Assembly (NCBI GenBank): GCA_966212275.1
Contig: CBIHQV010000011.1
Location: 60,010-124,009, forward strand
DNA from: an uncultured Devosia sp.
GTDB lineage: Bacteria > Pseudomonadota > Alphaproteobacteria > Rhizobiales > Devosiaceae
Length of the DNA: 64,000 nucleotides
Direction: 5' to 3'
A program made the position numbers and the translations under genes. Below are positions 26,828 through 38,716 of this stretch, one piece after another. Every line of letters starts with the position of its first letter. The stretch's first letter is position 1. The notes beneath the pieces are model-generated. The model had not been told where the DNA came from. It searched no databases and worked only from the letters and a program-made list of their open reading frames with translations.

Positions 26828-26979
26828 TGGTAGGGGGTCCTCTGCTGTCGCGACCGGACGATCCGGTCATCACAGCAGAGTGTTCGGCATGGTTAACCCG
26901 GTCTTAAGAATGACCCCGGCCGAGGGGCGCCGCCGTCGATTTAATAATCCAGCAATGTTTGCGTAATGTGCCGGAAAGC

Positions 26980-27852
26980 CTAGAGCGCCGAGCCGAAAGC
27001 CGCTTCGATGGCGCGCTGGGTTGCCGGGCCGAAGCTGCCGTCGATCGTGCCATTGTAGAAGCCGTCGCGCTTCAGCATTTCCTGGATGGCGCGGCGATAG
27101 TTCGGCGAGGTATCGGCATTGCGGATGTCCTGGAACTCGTCGAGCGCTACCTGCAGTCCGTTGGTCAGCGCCAGATAGGCCAGCTCGGCCGCTCGCTGCG
27201 AGTCCTTGCCCACGCCATCGCCATAGAGATAGCGCAGCGACAACGACCAGTGGCCATTGGCGTCGCCGCCATCGGAGGCCTTCTGGTACCAGGCCGTGGC
27301 TTCCTCGGCATCTTTGGCCACGCCATTGCCGGCCAGGTACATGTCGCCCAGCGAATACATGGCATAGGCATAATCATTGTCGGCGGCGAGGCGGAACCAG
27401 CGCAGTGCCTCGGCATAGCTCTGCCGCACGCCATCGCCCACATTGTACATGCTGCCGACATTGCTCTGCGCCGCCGGCAGGCCAGCTTCGGCAGCCTTGA
27501 GATACCAGTCGAAGGCCTTGTTGAAATCCTGCGCCACGAACTCGCCGCGGTCATACATCAGCCCGACGCGGTTCATCGCATAGGCATCGCCTGCGTCAGC
27601 CGCCAGCGAGTACATCTCGAAGGCCTTTTCGTAGTCGGGCGTCTGGCCCTCATCGACGAAATAGGCGGCATCGCCTTGGTCGAGGATGGTTTCGAGGTCA
27701 TCGGGGTCGTTCGGGTCGAGCGTGCTGCCCTGCGGCTGGGTGACCTCGGGCGTCGAGCCCTTGGTCTTGGTCTTCTGCGCAAAAGCATCGCCCGTGGCCG
27801 CCAGATTGAGCGCCAGCAGCAAAACCGCAGCCAGAACAACACGCATGGACAT
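26980..27852 (-). CDS. secreted Sel1-repeat protein with a C-terminal peptidoglycan-binding domain
   Basis: Signal peptide MSMRVVLAAVLLLALNLAATGDAFA. Repeated A...G..Y..G.GV..D...A..W/Y..AA Sel1 units. C-terminal KRDGFYNGTIDGSFGPATQRAI (PG_binding_1-like). Confidence 0.8.
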   Translation of the reverse strand: MSMRVVLAAVLLLALNLAATGDAFAQKTKTKGSTPEVTQPQGSTLDPNDPDDLETILDQGDAAYFVDEGQTPDYEKAFEMYSLAADAGDAYAMNRVGLMYDRGEFVAQDFNKAFDWYLKAAEAGLPAAQSNVGSMYNVGDGVRQSYAEALRWFRLAADNDYAYAMYSLGDMYLAGNGVAKDAEEATAWYQKASDGGDANGHWSLSLRYLYGDGVGKDSQRAAELAYLALTNGLQVALDEFQDIRNADTSPNYRRAIQEMLKRDGFYNGTIDGSFGPATQRAIEAAFGSAL

Positions 27853-27948
27853 CTTCAAACCCCTCACTCCGTTCCATCCCGGAAAATGAAACGTCGGCAC
27901 GTTGCTGTCAAATGCCGAAAAGGGCACCCCCTGTAGAGGGGTGGGGCG

Positions 27949-28179
27949 CTATTCGAGGCCGGCCGCAGCGCGCAATGCCGCGTTGATGCGGTCCTGCCAG
28001 CCCGGACCATCTTCCTGGAAATGCTCGAGCACCGCGCGATCGAGCCGCAGCGTCACCATTTCCTTGCCGCTCGGCGGCGTCAGGGGCTTGGCCGGCGCGG
28101 CCTCGACCGGCTTGGTGGTTGCTGACTTGAAGGCGGCCTCTGCCTGGTCGAAGGCGCTGCCGCGCCGGGGTGTCCGCAT
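27949..28179 (-). CDS. BrnA-antitoxin-family-like small protein (solitary)
   Basis: 76 aa. The C-terminal VTLRLDRAVLEHFQEDGPGWQDRINAALR matches the BrnA-type motif. Start set at MRTPRRG. Confidence 0.6.
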   Translation of the reverse strand: MRTPRRGSAFDQAEAAFKSATTKPVEAAPAKPLTPPSGKEMVTLRLDRAVLEHFQEDGPGWQDRINAALRAAAGLE

Positions 28180-28232
28180 GGAATCCTCGCTATGTGTGCG
28201 GCCAGTGTACCGCGCCGCCGGGCATCCGGCAC

Positions 28233-28262
28233 AAGAAAAAGGCGCAGTGTTTCCACTGCGCC
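28233..28262 (-). terminator. rho-independent terminator of groESL
   Basis: On the minus strand: GGCGCAGTG-GAAA-CACTGCGCC followed by TTTTTCTT, about 60 nt after the groEL stop. Confidence 0.8.
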
Positions 28263-28320
28263 TTTCTCGTGAAGTCCGTGACTGGGAAGAAACGAACTCC
28301 AAAGCTCTGGGTCGGACTTC

Positions 28321-29973
<1,653 letters not shown>

Positions 29974-30012
29974 TTAAGTGCGAATTGAAACGACGGAAAG
30001 GGCAGGGAAGCC

Positions 30013-30303
30013 TTAGGCTTCGACGATGCCCATGATGTCGGATTCCTTCATGATCAGCAGGTCTTCGCCGTTGAGCTTGACCTCGGTGCCGCTCCACTTG
30101 CCGAACAGCACGCGGTCGCCGGCCTTGACGTCGAGGGCGTTGATCTTGCCCGATTCATCGCGGGCGCCAGGGCCCACCGAAACGATCACGCCTTCGGACG
30201 GCTTTTCCTTGGCGGTGTCGGGAATGATGATCCCGCCCTTGGTCTTTTCTTCGCTGTCGAGGCGACGGACGACCACGCGGTCGTGCAGAGGACGAAAGCC
30301 CAT
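30013..30303 (-). CDS. groS: co-chaperonin GroES
   Basis: [35 protein letters not shown]... Confidence 0.98.
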   Translation of the reverse strand: MGFRPLHDRVVVRRLDSEEKTKGGIIIPDTAKEKPSEGVIVSVGPGARDESGKINALDVKAGDRVLFGKWSGTEVKLNGEDLLIMKESDIMGIVEA

Positions 30304-30346
30304 GTTTTGCTCCTATGGCAGCAATTTCAATGCAATCTTGGCGCTG

Positions 30347-30373
30347 TTAGCACTCACCAATATAGAGTGCCAG
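30347..30373 (-). promoter_or_regulatory. CIRCE operator (HrcA binding site)
   Basis: TTAGCACTC-ACCAATATA-GAGTGCCAG versus consensus TTAGCACTC-N9-GAGTGCTAA, 44 nt upstream of the groES ATG. Confidence 0.85.
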
Positions 30374-30385
30374 CAGGTGACCGGG

Positions 30386-30414
30386 GATATATGACTGGCC
30401 CCCTGACGAGTCAA
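30386..30414 (-). promoter_or_regulatory. candidate groESL promoter
   Basis: Minus strand reads TTGACT-N17-TATATC, ending about 12 nt upstream of CIRCE, the usual promoter/CIRCE arrangement. Confidence 0.5.
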
Positions 30415-30481
30415 GGTCGCGTGAACCGGCTTTCTTCTCGCGCGTTGAGGCACATCGCTGTTTGCTACATGGCAGGACAAC

Positions 30482-30844
30482 ATGACGCGTCAATGTCTGG
30501 ACAAGGATATCAGGATCACGCCGGCCAAGGGTCGCGTGCACGTGGTGTTCGACGATGCCGAAATCGGCAGCTCGCTCAACGCGCTCGAAGTCGACGAACC
30601 GGGCGAACCGCTGCGCATCTATCTCCCGCGCGGCGACATCCGCGAGGATGTGCTGGAGCTATCCGAGACGCGCACCACCTCTCCCTACAAGGGCGAGGCG
30701 CATTACTACACCATCAAGACACTCACCGCCGATGGCCCCGACCAGGCCTGGTACTACCCCGACCCATGCCCGCAGGTGGAACCCATTCGCGACCACCTGG
30801 CCTTCGCGGGTGACCGGATCGAGTATCGGTATTCGGAGGTTTAG
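30482..30844 (+). CDS. DUF427 domain protein
   Basis: 120 aa. SPYKGEAHYYTI...AWYYPDP...IRDHLAF is the DUF427 pattern. Confidence 0.75.
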   Translation: MTRQCLDKDIRITPAKGRVHVVFDDAEIGSSLNALEVDEPGEPLRIYLPRGDIREDVLELSETRTTSPYKGEAHYYTIKTLTADGPDQAWYYPDPCPQVEPIRDHLAFAGDRIEYRYSEV

Positions 30845-30948
30845 GGCCTACTGGGGCCACGCACACCGGCTTCGGCATTGCGCAAGTGCCCCGAACTTTT
30901 CCCGCCTTACCCCTTTCCCCACGCGCCAACCTGCGCCATAACGCGCAC

Positions 30949-31143
30949 ATGACCCAGGACAACACTCTTCAGATCAAGCTGCGCCTCAAGGGCGGCAGCG
31001 GCCCGAACGCCAACTGGCATTGGGAAATTCTCGATGCCGCCGGCAAGGTGGTCAAAACCGGTTCGGCCGTCGGCCCCGAGCACAAGGCCTTCGCCACCGC
31101 GCGCATCGCCAAGGAAAAGCTGGAGCAATCCTCCGGCCGCTGA
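30949..31143 (+). CDS. hypothetical small protein (64 aa)
   Basis: MTQDNTLQIKLRLKGGSGPNANWHWEILDAAGKVVKTGSAVG...; faint resemblance to the YegP/DUF1508 pattern, not verified. Confidence 0.4.
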   Translation: MTQDNTLQIKLRLKGGSGPNANWHWEILDAAGKVVKTGSAVGPEHKAFATARIAKEKLEQSSGR

Positions 31144-31170
31144 TTACGGCTGCCGCACCGAGAGACCGCC

Positions 31171-32136
31171 GTGGCCGCTCCCGCCTCAGAAGCCGCCCCC
31201 AGCCCCGTGCATTATCGGGGCGGGCCGCTGCGCGGCATCACGCTCAAGATCGTCTCGGTCTGCTTCTTCGTCGTCATGGCGACGCTGCTCAAGGCGACGG
31301 GCACCATTCCGGCTGGCGAGCTGGTGTTTTTCCGCTGCTTCTTCGCCATCCTGCCGGTCGTTGCCTGGCTGCTGTGGCGCCGGCAATTGCGCTCGGCGCT
31401 GCACACGCGCAACCCCGTTGGCCATATCGTGCGGGCGCTGGTTGGCGCCTCCTCGATGGGTCTGGGCTTTTTCGCGCTGACCCGGCTGCCGCTGCCCGAG
31501 GCCACCGCTATCGGCTATGCCGCGCCACTGCTCATCGTGGTGTTCAGCGCCCTGTTGCTCAAGGAACGCGTGCAGGTGTTCCGCTGGACCGCCGTCATCG
31601 TCGGGATGATTGGTGTCGTCATCATTCTCTGGCCGCGACTGACCCTGTTCACCAGCGGCGAGCCGCTGGGCAATGACGAGGCGGTGGGCGCCATTGCCGC
31701 TTTCGGCGGCGCAATCCTGACCGCTTTCGCCCTGATGCAGGTGCGCAAGCTGACGCGCACCGAGCGCACCGAGGCCATCGTGGTCTACTTCTTCATCAGC
31801 GCCAGCATTCTGTCGCTGGCCACCATCCCCTTCGGCTGGGCCATGCCCACGCCCCAGCAGGCGGCCTTGCTCATCGGCGCCGGGTTCGCCGGCGGTGTCG
31901 GCCAACTGCTGATGACCTCGTCCTACCGCTATGCCGACATGTCGGTCATCGCGCCGTTCGAATATGTCTCGCTGCTGCTGACGCTGGTCATCGGCTTTGC
32001 GGTGTTTGGCGACATACCGACGCTGAGCATGGTCATGGGCGCCATCATCATCGTGTTGTCCGGCATCGCCGTGATCCTGCGCGAACACTATCTCGGGCTA
32101 GACCGGGCGAAGGCACGCGAAGCCAGCACACCGTAA
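31171..32136 (+). CDS. DMT-superfamily (EamA) transporter
   Basis: 321 aa, about 10 TM helices with duplicated EamA halves. GTG start. Confidence 0.8.
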   Translation: MAAPASEAAPSPVHYRGGPLRGITLKIVSVCFFVVMATLLKATGTIPAGELVFFRCFFAILPVVAWLLWRRQLRSALHTRNPVGHIVRALVGASSMGLGFFALTRLPLPEATAIGYAAPLLIVVFSALLLKERVQVFRWTAVIVGMIGVVIILWPRLTLFTSGEPLGNDEAVGAIAAFGGAILTAFALMQVRKLTRTERTEAIVVYFFISASILSLATIPFGWAMPTPQQAALLIGAGFAGGVGQLLMTSSYRYADMSVIAPFEYVSLLLTLVIGFAVFGDIPTLSMVMGAIIIVLSGIAVILREHYLGLDRAKAREASTP

Positions 32137-32293
32137 AAACCAATCGACATTCGGCCGATGCTGGCCTGCAAATGCCAGTCTTCTGCGCTTCCGGTGCTCA
32201 CGTACTGAATGTACGCTCCGCTCCGGTTCTCGAAGACCGGCATTTTCGGCTCAGCCTGGGCCGAATCTCGATCGGTTTTCCGAGTGCAACTCG

Positions 32294-33721
<1,428 letters not shown>

Positions 33722-33907
33722 GCGGCCCGGTCCTCGTGTTCCGATTACTCACTATGCCGGTTGTCCGGCGTTGCCGCTCTGTCCCGGTGTTGCTGCGATT
33801 GTTCCCCAACAGGGTAAACAAACCGTTCCGCCTGTGTCGCATTTTGCATGTCCAGCGATGGACTTGCCGCTTGATCGGCTGGTCTTCTCAAGATTAAGTC
33901 TGCCGCC

Positions 33908-35107
33908 ATGCAGAAGAAATCCGTAGACGACGGGGTGGCGCGCGGCTTCGCGCAGTCGGGAGTGCGCATCGCCAATGAACGGGCGGTGATGACGCTTATC
34001 GGCCTCAACCCCGGGGCGTCCAACGCCGACCTGGCCCGTCTGTCGGGCCTGGGGCCGCAGACCACGTCGCGGATTGTCTCCGAACTCGAGGCGCGCGAAC
34101 TGGTGCTGCGCGGCGATGTGCTGCGCGGCCGGCGCGGCCAGCCGGCGACGCCGCTGTTTCTCAATCCCGATGGCGCCTTCGGCATCGGCATCGAAATCGG
34201 CTGGCGGCATTTCGAAGTGCTGCTGTTCAGCATGGCCGGCGTCACCCTGGCCAGCATCCGCCGCAGCTATTGCTGGCCGGACTTTCGCACCATCTTTGCC
34301 GATGTCAGCGCCGAGGTCGCGACCATCCGCGCCGGCATGACGGCCAAGCAGGCCGATCGCCTGGTCGGCATCGGCGTTGCCAGCCCGTCGCGCATCGACC
34401 GCCATATCCAGCGCCTGGGCGCGCCGGTCGAACAGGTGGAGCTGTGGCGCGATGTCGACATGGCCGCCGAAGTCGGGCGGGCACTGGGCGAGCCGGTCGC
34501 CTGGTTCAACGACGGCAATGCGGCCTGCTGGGCCGAATTCATCGCCCATGAGGCACCCCGGCCCGATGGCCTGGCCTATCTCCAGGTCGGCACATTGGTG
34601 GGGGCGGGCATCGCCATCAACGGCCAGGTCTGGGAGGGGCGCACCGGCAATGCCGCCAATCTGGGCGCAATCCTCGTGGCCGACGGGCAGGGACAGGCCA
34701 ATTACGTCTATACCATCGCCTCCCTCCTGGCGCTGGAGCAGCGCCTCGAAGCGGCCGGCCACGCGCCGCCGCGCGGCAACCCGATCAATTGGGATTGGGA
34801 CAGTCTCGAGCCGGTGGCTACGGCCTGGCTCGACGATGCCGGCCGGGCGCTGGCCAGCGCGGTGCTCAGCACGCGGGCCGTTATGGAGTTCGATATCGTC
34901 ATTATCGATGGCGTCATGCCGCGCCCGGTAGTCAAGCGCCTGGTCGAGCGCGTCCAGCACCATCTGGCGGCGCTGCCACCGCGTGGCGGCGAGCTGCCGC
35001 GGGTCGTCATGGGCCATATGGGTGGCGCTGCCTCGGCCACCGGCGCGGCCCAACTGGTGCTGTTCCACCGCTTCTTCTCGCGTGGCTGGAACATCTTCGC
35101 CACCTGA
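33908..35107 (+). CDS. ROK-family transcriptional regulator
   Basis: N-terminal wHTH (IRIANERAVMTLI...SNADLARLSGLGPQTTSRIVSELE) followed by a sugar-kinase-like body. Confidence 0.85.
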   Translation: MQKKSVDDGVARGFAQSGVRIANERAVMTLIGLNPGASNADLARLSGLGPQTTSRIVSELEARELVLRGDVLRGRRGQPATPLFLNPDGAFGIGIEIGWRHFEVLLFSMAGVTLASIRRSYCWPDFRTIFADVSAEVATIRAGMTAKQADRLVGIGVASPSRIDRHIQRLGAPVEQVELWRDVDMAAEVGRALGEPVAWFNDGNAACWAEFIAHEAPRPDGLAYLQVGTLVGAGIAINGQVWEGRTGNAANLGAILVADGQGQANYVYTIASLLALEQRLEAAGHAPPRGNPINWDWDSLEPVATAWLDDAGRALASAVLSTRAVMEFDIVIIDGVMPRPVVKRLVERVQHHLAALPPRGGELPRVVMGHMGGAASATGAAQLVLFHRFFSRGWNIFAT

Positions 35108-35168
35108 CCCCTGCAAATAGCCTTGGGCAGCGGCCCCTCCACGCTTTTGCCGCCTCTTGCGCGATGCT

Positions 35169-36446
35169 ATGAGGAAGGGCCGAATCCCGGCATTCGAAGG
35201 GTTCCGAGGTCCGCCCGTGCAGGCATTGGTCTACACGTTCATCGCCCTTGCCGCTGCCGCCATCGGCGCAGCCGCCTATTTCGGCCTGACCTTCACGCCG
35301 GCCGAAGCCCTTCTGGCCGCCGTCGTCTTTGGCTGCGTCTGTGTCGTGCTGATGGAGCGCGCCCTGCGCCAGCGCGCCGAAAACCGGCTGGAAAAGGCCA
35401 TCGAGGACCTGTCCCGGCTGCTCGCCACCGATGCCCAGGCCGGCGCCGTGCTCGGCCAGCGCATCAATGCCATGACCGATCTCAATGCCGGCGCGCGCCT
35501 CGAAGGCGTCGAGGCCGACATTTCGGTGCTGGGCACTGTCATCAGGCAGGTGGCCGAAGCGGTCGCCGAGATCGAGGACCGTGTGGCCAAGCCGGTGACG
35601 CCGGGCCGCGACCGCATGATCGCTGCCCCGCCGCCAGCCGTTGTGCGCGAGCCCGATCCGACCATTCCGCTCGAAATGTTGCGTCAGGCCATGGCCGAGA
35701 ACCGGCTGATCTACCATATCCAGCCCGTCGTCACGTTGCCGCAGCGGCGCCCGCAGGGCTATGACCTGGTGCCGCGCCTGATGATGGAGGATGGCGACCT
35801 GGCCGACCGCGCCGATTTCATGCCGCGCCGCGGCGGCGAGGATGTGCTGCGCCAGATCGAGGGTGCGGGCCTGGTCGAAGCCATCACCATCTGCCGGCGC
35901 GCCCGCACCGGCGGCCAGCCGATCACGCTCTACATTCCGCTGTCGCGCGCCACGCTGGGCGATTCGATGGCGTCCGAGCAGTTGATCGTCTCGCTCGAAG
36001 CCAACCGCGCCATCGCGCCCGGATTGATCTTCGTCATCGGCGAGCTCGAATGGCAGTCGCTCACCACCGGCGAGCGGGCCATTGCCGATGCCGTGGCCAA
36101 GAAGGGCGCCGGCTTCTCCATCGCCAATGTAAAGTCGTTGCGCGTCGACGTCGCGGAATTGGCGGCACAGGGCGTGCGCTCGCTGCGCATCGATGCCGGC
36201 CGTTTTATCGACGAGCCCGAGATTTTCACCGACTTCCACGCCTCCGACATTGCCAATTACATCGCCCGCTTCGATGTGAAGCTGCTGGGCACCGGCATTG
36301 CCAATGAAAGCCAGATCGTCGAGCTGCTCGAAGATGGCATCACCCTGGTCCAGGGGCCGTACATCGCTCCGGCCGGCCCGGTGCGTCCGGACCTGACGAG
36401 CGAACCGCCCCGTCAGGCCCCGCAATTGCGCCGGGTGGAACTCTAG
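35169..36446 (+). CDS. membrane-anchored protein with a degenerate EAL domain
   Basis: Two N-terminal TM helices, a coiled-coil, then an EAL-fold region (LIYHIQPVV...GYDLVPRL...) lacking the EAL, N, DDFG and AEGVE catalytic motifs. Confidence 0.75.
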   Translation: MRKGRIPAFEGFRGPPVQALVYTFIALAAAAIGAAAYFGLTFTPAEALLAAVVFGCVCVVLMERALRQRAENRLEKAIEDLSRLLATDAQAGAVLGQRINAMTDLNAGARLEGVEADISVLGTVIRQVAEAVAEIEDRVAKPVTPGRDRMIAAPPPAVVREPDPTIPLEMLRQAMAENRLIYHIQPVVTLPQRRPQGYDLVPRLMMEDGDLADRADFMPRRGGEDVLRQIEGAGLVEAITICRRARTGGQPITLYIPLSRATLGDSMASEQLIVSLEANRAIAPGLIFVIGELEWQSLTTGERAIADAVAKKGAGFSIANVKSLRVDVAELAAQGVRSLRIDAGRFIDEPEIFTDFHASDIANYIARFDVKLLGTGIANESQIVELLEDGITLVQGPYIAPAGPVRPDLTSEPPRQAPQLRRVEL

Positions 36447-36591
36447 CCGGCGCTGGACGTATCGAGGGAGGCGGAGTGACGGCGCGGTAGTGTCGCGGCA
36501 GGCGCATAGGAGGCCAGTGATGGTTTCCGCTTGATCCGGAGGGGCAAGCTGCCACATAGAACGCCTGTCCTGTTCGCATCGGAATAGCGCG

Positions 36592-37458
36592 ATGACCAGC
36601 CCCCTGCCTTCCATCTCTGGCCTTGCCGATCTGGCAAGCCGCTATGACGCTGTGCTCAGCGACGTGTGGGGCGTCGTCCACAATGGCGTCGAGGCCTTTC
36701 CCAGCGCCGTCGACGCCCTGACCCAATACCGCAAGGCGGGCGGTAAGGTGGTGTTCATCACCAATGCGCCGCGTCCCTCGGGTCCCATCGTGGCCATGCT
36801 CGACCGACTCGGCGTCCACCGCGACGCCTATGACGCCATCGTCTCCTCGGGTGACGCCACGCGCGCCATGATCGGCAAGTATCGCGGCCGCGCCATCCAC
36901 CATGTCGGCCCGCCGACCGAGGATGATGCGCTCTATGACGGCCTCGATGTGCGCCGCACCGGCGCCGACGAGGCCGAGGTCGTGGTCGTCACCGATCTCG
37001 ATACCGATGAAGATACGCCCGAAATGTATCGCGAGCGGGCCAGACTCTGGCTCGGCCGCAAGCTGCCCATGATCTGCGCCAATCCCGACCGGGTGGTCGA
37101 GCATGGCGACAAGATCATCTATTGCGGCGGCGCTCTCGGCGATCTCTATGCCGCCATGGGCGGTATGGTGCTGATGGCCGGCAAGCCCTACCAGCCGATC
37201 TACGAGGAAGCGTTCCGCCTGGCCGAAGAAGCCGCCGGCAAGCCGCTCGATAAGTCGCGCGTCCTCGCCATCGGCGACAGCGTGCGCACCGACGCCACCG
37301 GCGCCGCCAAATTCGGCATCGACCTGCTCTTTGTCACCGGCTCCATCCATGCCGCCGAACTCGATGCCTTCGGCAAGCCCGATCCGCAGGCTATTGCCGA
37401 CCTGGTGGCGCCCAGCCGTGCCCATATGGCCGGCTTCCTGCCCCGCCTTTCCTGGTGA
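36592..37458 (+). CDS. HAD-superfamily hydrolase, subfamily IIA (TIGR01459-like)
   Basis: YDAVLSDVWGVVHNG (DxWG variant of motif I), ITNAPR, GDSVRTD. Usual position upstream of ribF in related genomes (recalled, not checked). Confidence 0.8.
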   Translation: MTSPLPSISGLADLASRYDAVLSDVWGVVHNGVEAFPSAVDALTQYRKAGGKVVFITNAPRPSGPIVAMLDRLGVHRDAYDAIVSSGDATRAMIGKYRGRAIHHVGPPTEDDALYDGLDVRRTGADEAEVVVVTDLDTDEDTPEMYRERARLWLGRKLPMICANPDRVVEHGDKIIYCGGALGDLYAAMGGMVLMAGKPYQPIYEEAFRLAEEAAGKPLDKSRVLAIGDSVRTDATGAAKFGIDLLFVTGSIHAAELDAFGKPDPQAIADLVAPSRAHMAGFLPRLSW

Positions 37459-37462
37459 TCCG

Positions 37463-38437
37463 GTGACTGGTTTCCTTCGCCTCAATTCGCTCGACGCCGT
37501 GCCCGCTGACCTGCGCGGCGCCTATGTCGCCATCGGTAATTTCGATGGCTTCCACCGCGGTCACCAGACGGTGCTAACCACGCTCAAGACCCGCGCCGCC
37601 CAGGCAGGCGTGCCGGCCATGGTGCTGACCTTCGAGCCGCATCCGCGCGACGTCTTTGCCCCGGCGCCCTTCATGTTCCGTCTCACCGAGGGCGACGCCA
37701 AGGCGCGCCTCGCCGAGGCATTCGGGCTCGACGCTATCGCGGTGCTGAATTTCGACCGCGATTTTTCCCAGATCGAGGCGGAGGACTTCGTCGCCCGCTT
37801 CCTCGTCGATGCGCTTGGTGTCACCGGCGTCATTGTCGGCGCCGATTTCCATTTTGGCCGCCAGCGCCGCGGCACGCCGACCTTTCTGAAGGCATCGGGC
37901 GACCAGCATGGCTTTGCCGTCGAAACGCTCGACCTGATGGACGAGGGCGACGAGGTCATCTCGTCCTCGCGCATCCGTGCGGCCCTCAGCGAAGGCGCTA
38001 TCAGCGCCGCCAATCGCCTGCTCGGCTATCACTGGTTCTTCGATGGCTGCGTGGTCAAGGGCGACCAGCGGGGCAGGGAACTGGGCTACCCCACCGCCAA
38101 TACCGCCACCCGCGCCAATTTCCAGTTGGCACAGGGCGTCTATGCCGTCCGCGCCCGGCTGGGCAGCCGCGTCTTCGACGGCGTCGCCGCCTATGGCAAG
38201 CCCATGTTCAACAACCAGTTGCCGCCGTTCGAGACGCATCTGTTCGATTTCGACGAGGATATTTACGGCCAGACCATCACCGTGGCGCTGGTGTCTCATA
38301 TCCGGGGGCAGGAGGTGTTTTCCGGTCTCGACCAGTTGATCGCGGCGATGGACCGCGACAGCGGCAAGGCACGGGACGCGCTGGCCAAGGCCAGGCCGCT
38401 GAGCGAGCTGGATGCGAAGCTGGGGTTTGTGGGGTAG
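37463..38437 (+). CDS. ribF: bifunctional riboflavin kinase / FMN adenylyltransferase
   Basis: VAIGNFDGFHRGHQ, FEPHPR, GDQRGRELGYPTAN, YGKPMF. GTG start at 37463, 5 nt after the HAD stop. Confidence 0.9.
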   Translation: MTGFLRLNSLDAVPADLRGAYVAIGNFDGFHRGHQTVLTTLKTRAAQAGVPAMVLTFEPHPRDVFAPAPFMFRLTEGDAKARLAEAFGLDAIAVLNFDRDFSQIEAEDFVARFLVDALGVTGVIVGADFHFGRQRRGTPTFLKASGDQHGFAVETLDLMDEGDEVISSSRIRAALSEGAISAANRLLGYHWFFDGCVVKGDQRGRELGYPTANTATRANFQLAQGVYAVRARLGSRVFDGVAAYGKPMFNNQLPPFETHLFDFDEDIYGQTITVALVSHIRGQEVFSGLDQLIAAMDRDSGKARDALAKARPLSELDAKLGFVG

Positions 38438-38460
38438 GGCTGAGATCGCAGGGTGTGGGT

Positions 38461-38614
38461 CCTCTCCCGTTCACGGGAGAGGGGGACCACGCAAAGCGTG
38501 GTGGAGAGGGGAGCCCCACGCACAAATAGTCGGGTGGTGCTCATTCACGGCCCTGTGCGAAGGGCTCCCCCTCCACCGCCTATCGGCGGTCCCCCTCCCC
38601 CGCAGGCGGGGGAG
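38461..38614. repeat. family-2 palindromic repeat cluster
   Basis: CCTCTCCCG-TTCA-CGGGAGAGG; GGGGGACCACGC-AAA-GCGTGGTGGAGAGGGG; ...CCCCCTCCCCCGC-AG-GCGGGGGAGG. Kept open by chance in the ileS frame. Confidence 0.8.
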
Positions 38615-38716
38615 GACAGCCCGCAACTCCGCCGCTCGCCCCAAATCATCCTTTGCCCCTTCCGCCCCGCCTTGCTAAAAGGCGCGCAAATCTTCCCATT
38701 TCGATTGCCGTTTCCC

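Noticed and set aside
28180-28320. Search for a BrnT-type toxin partner upstream of the BrnA-like gene.
   Set aside because: The 141-nt gap is filled by the groEL terminator hairpin and has no ORF of suitable size in any frame.
38453-38716. N-terminal extensions of real genes through repeat elements: ileS from 38453, cobA from 62806, TctC from 5331, lspA-proximal frames.
   Set aside because: The extensions translate family-1 or family-2 repeats (e.g. [27 protein letters not shown]) and precede well-conserved canonical N-termini that have their own ATG. The open frames are a by-product of GC-rich palindromes.
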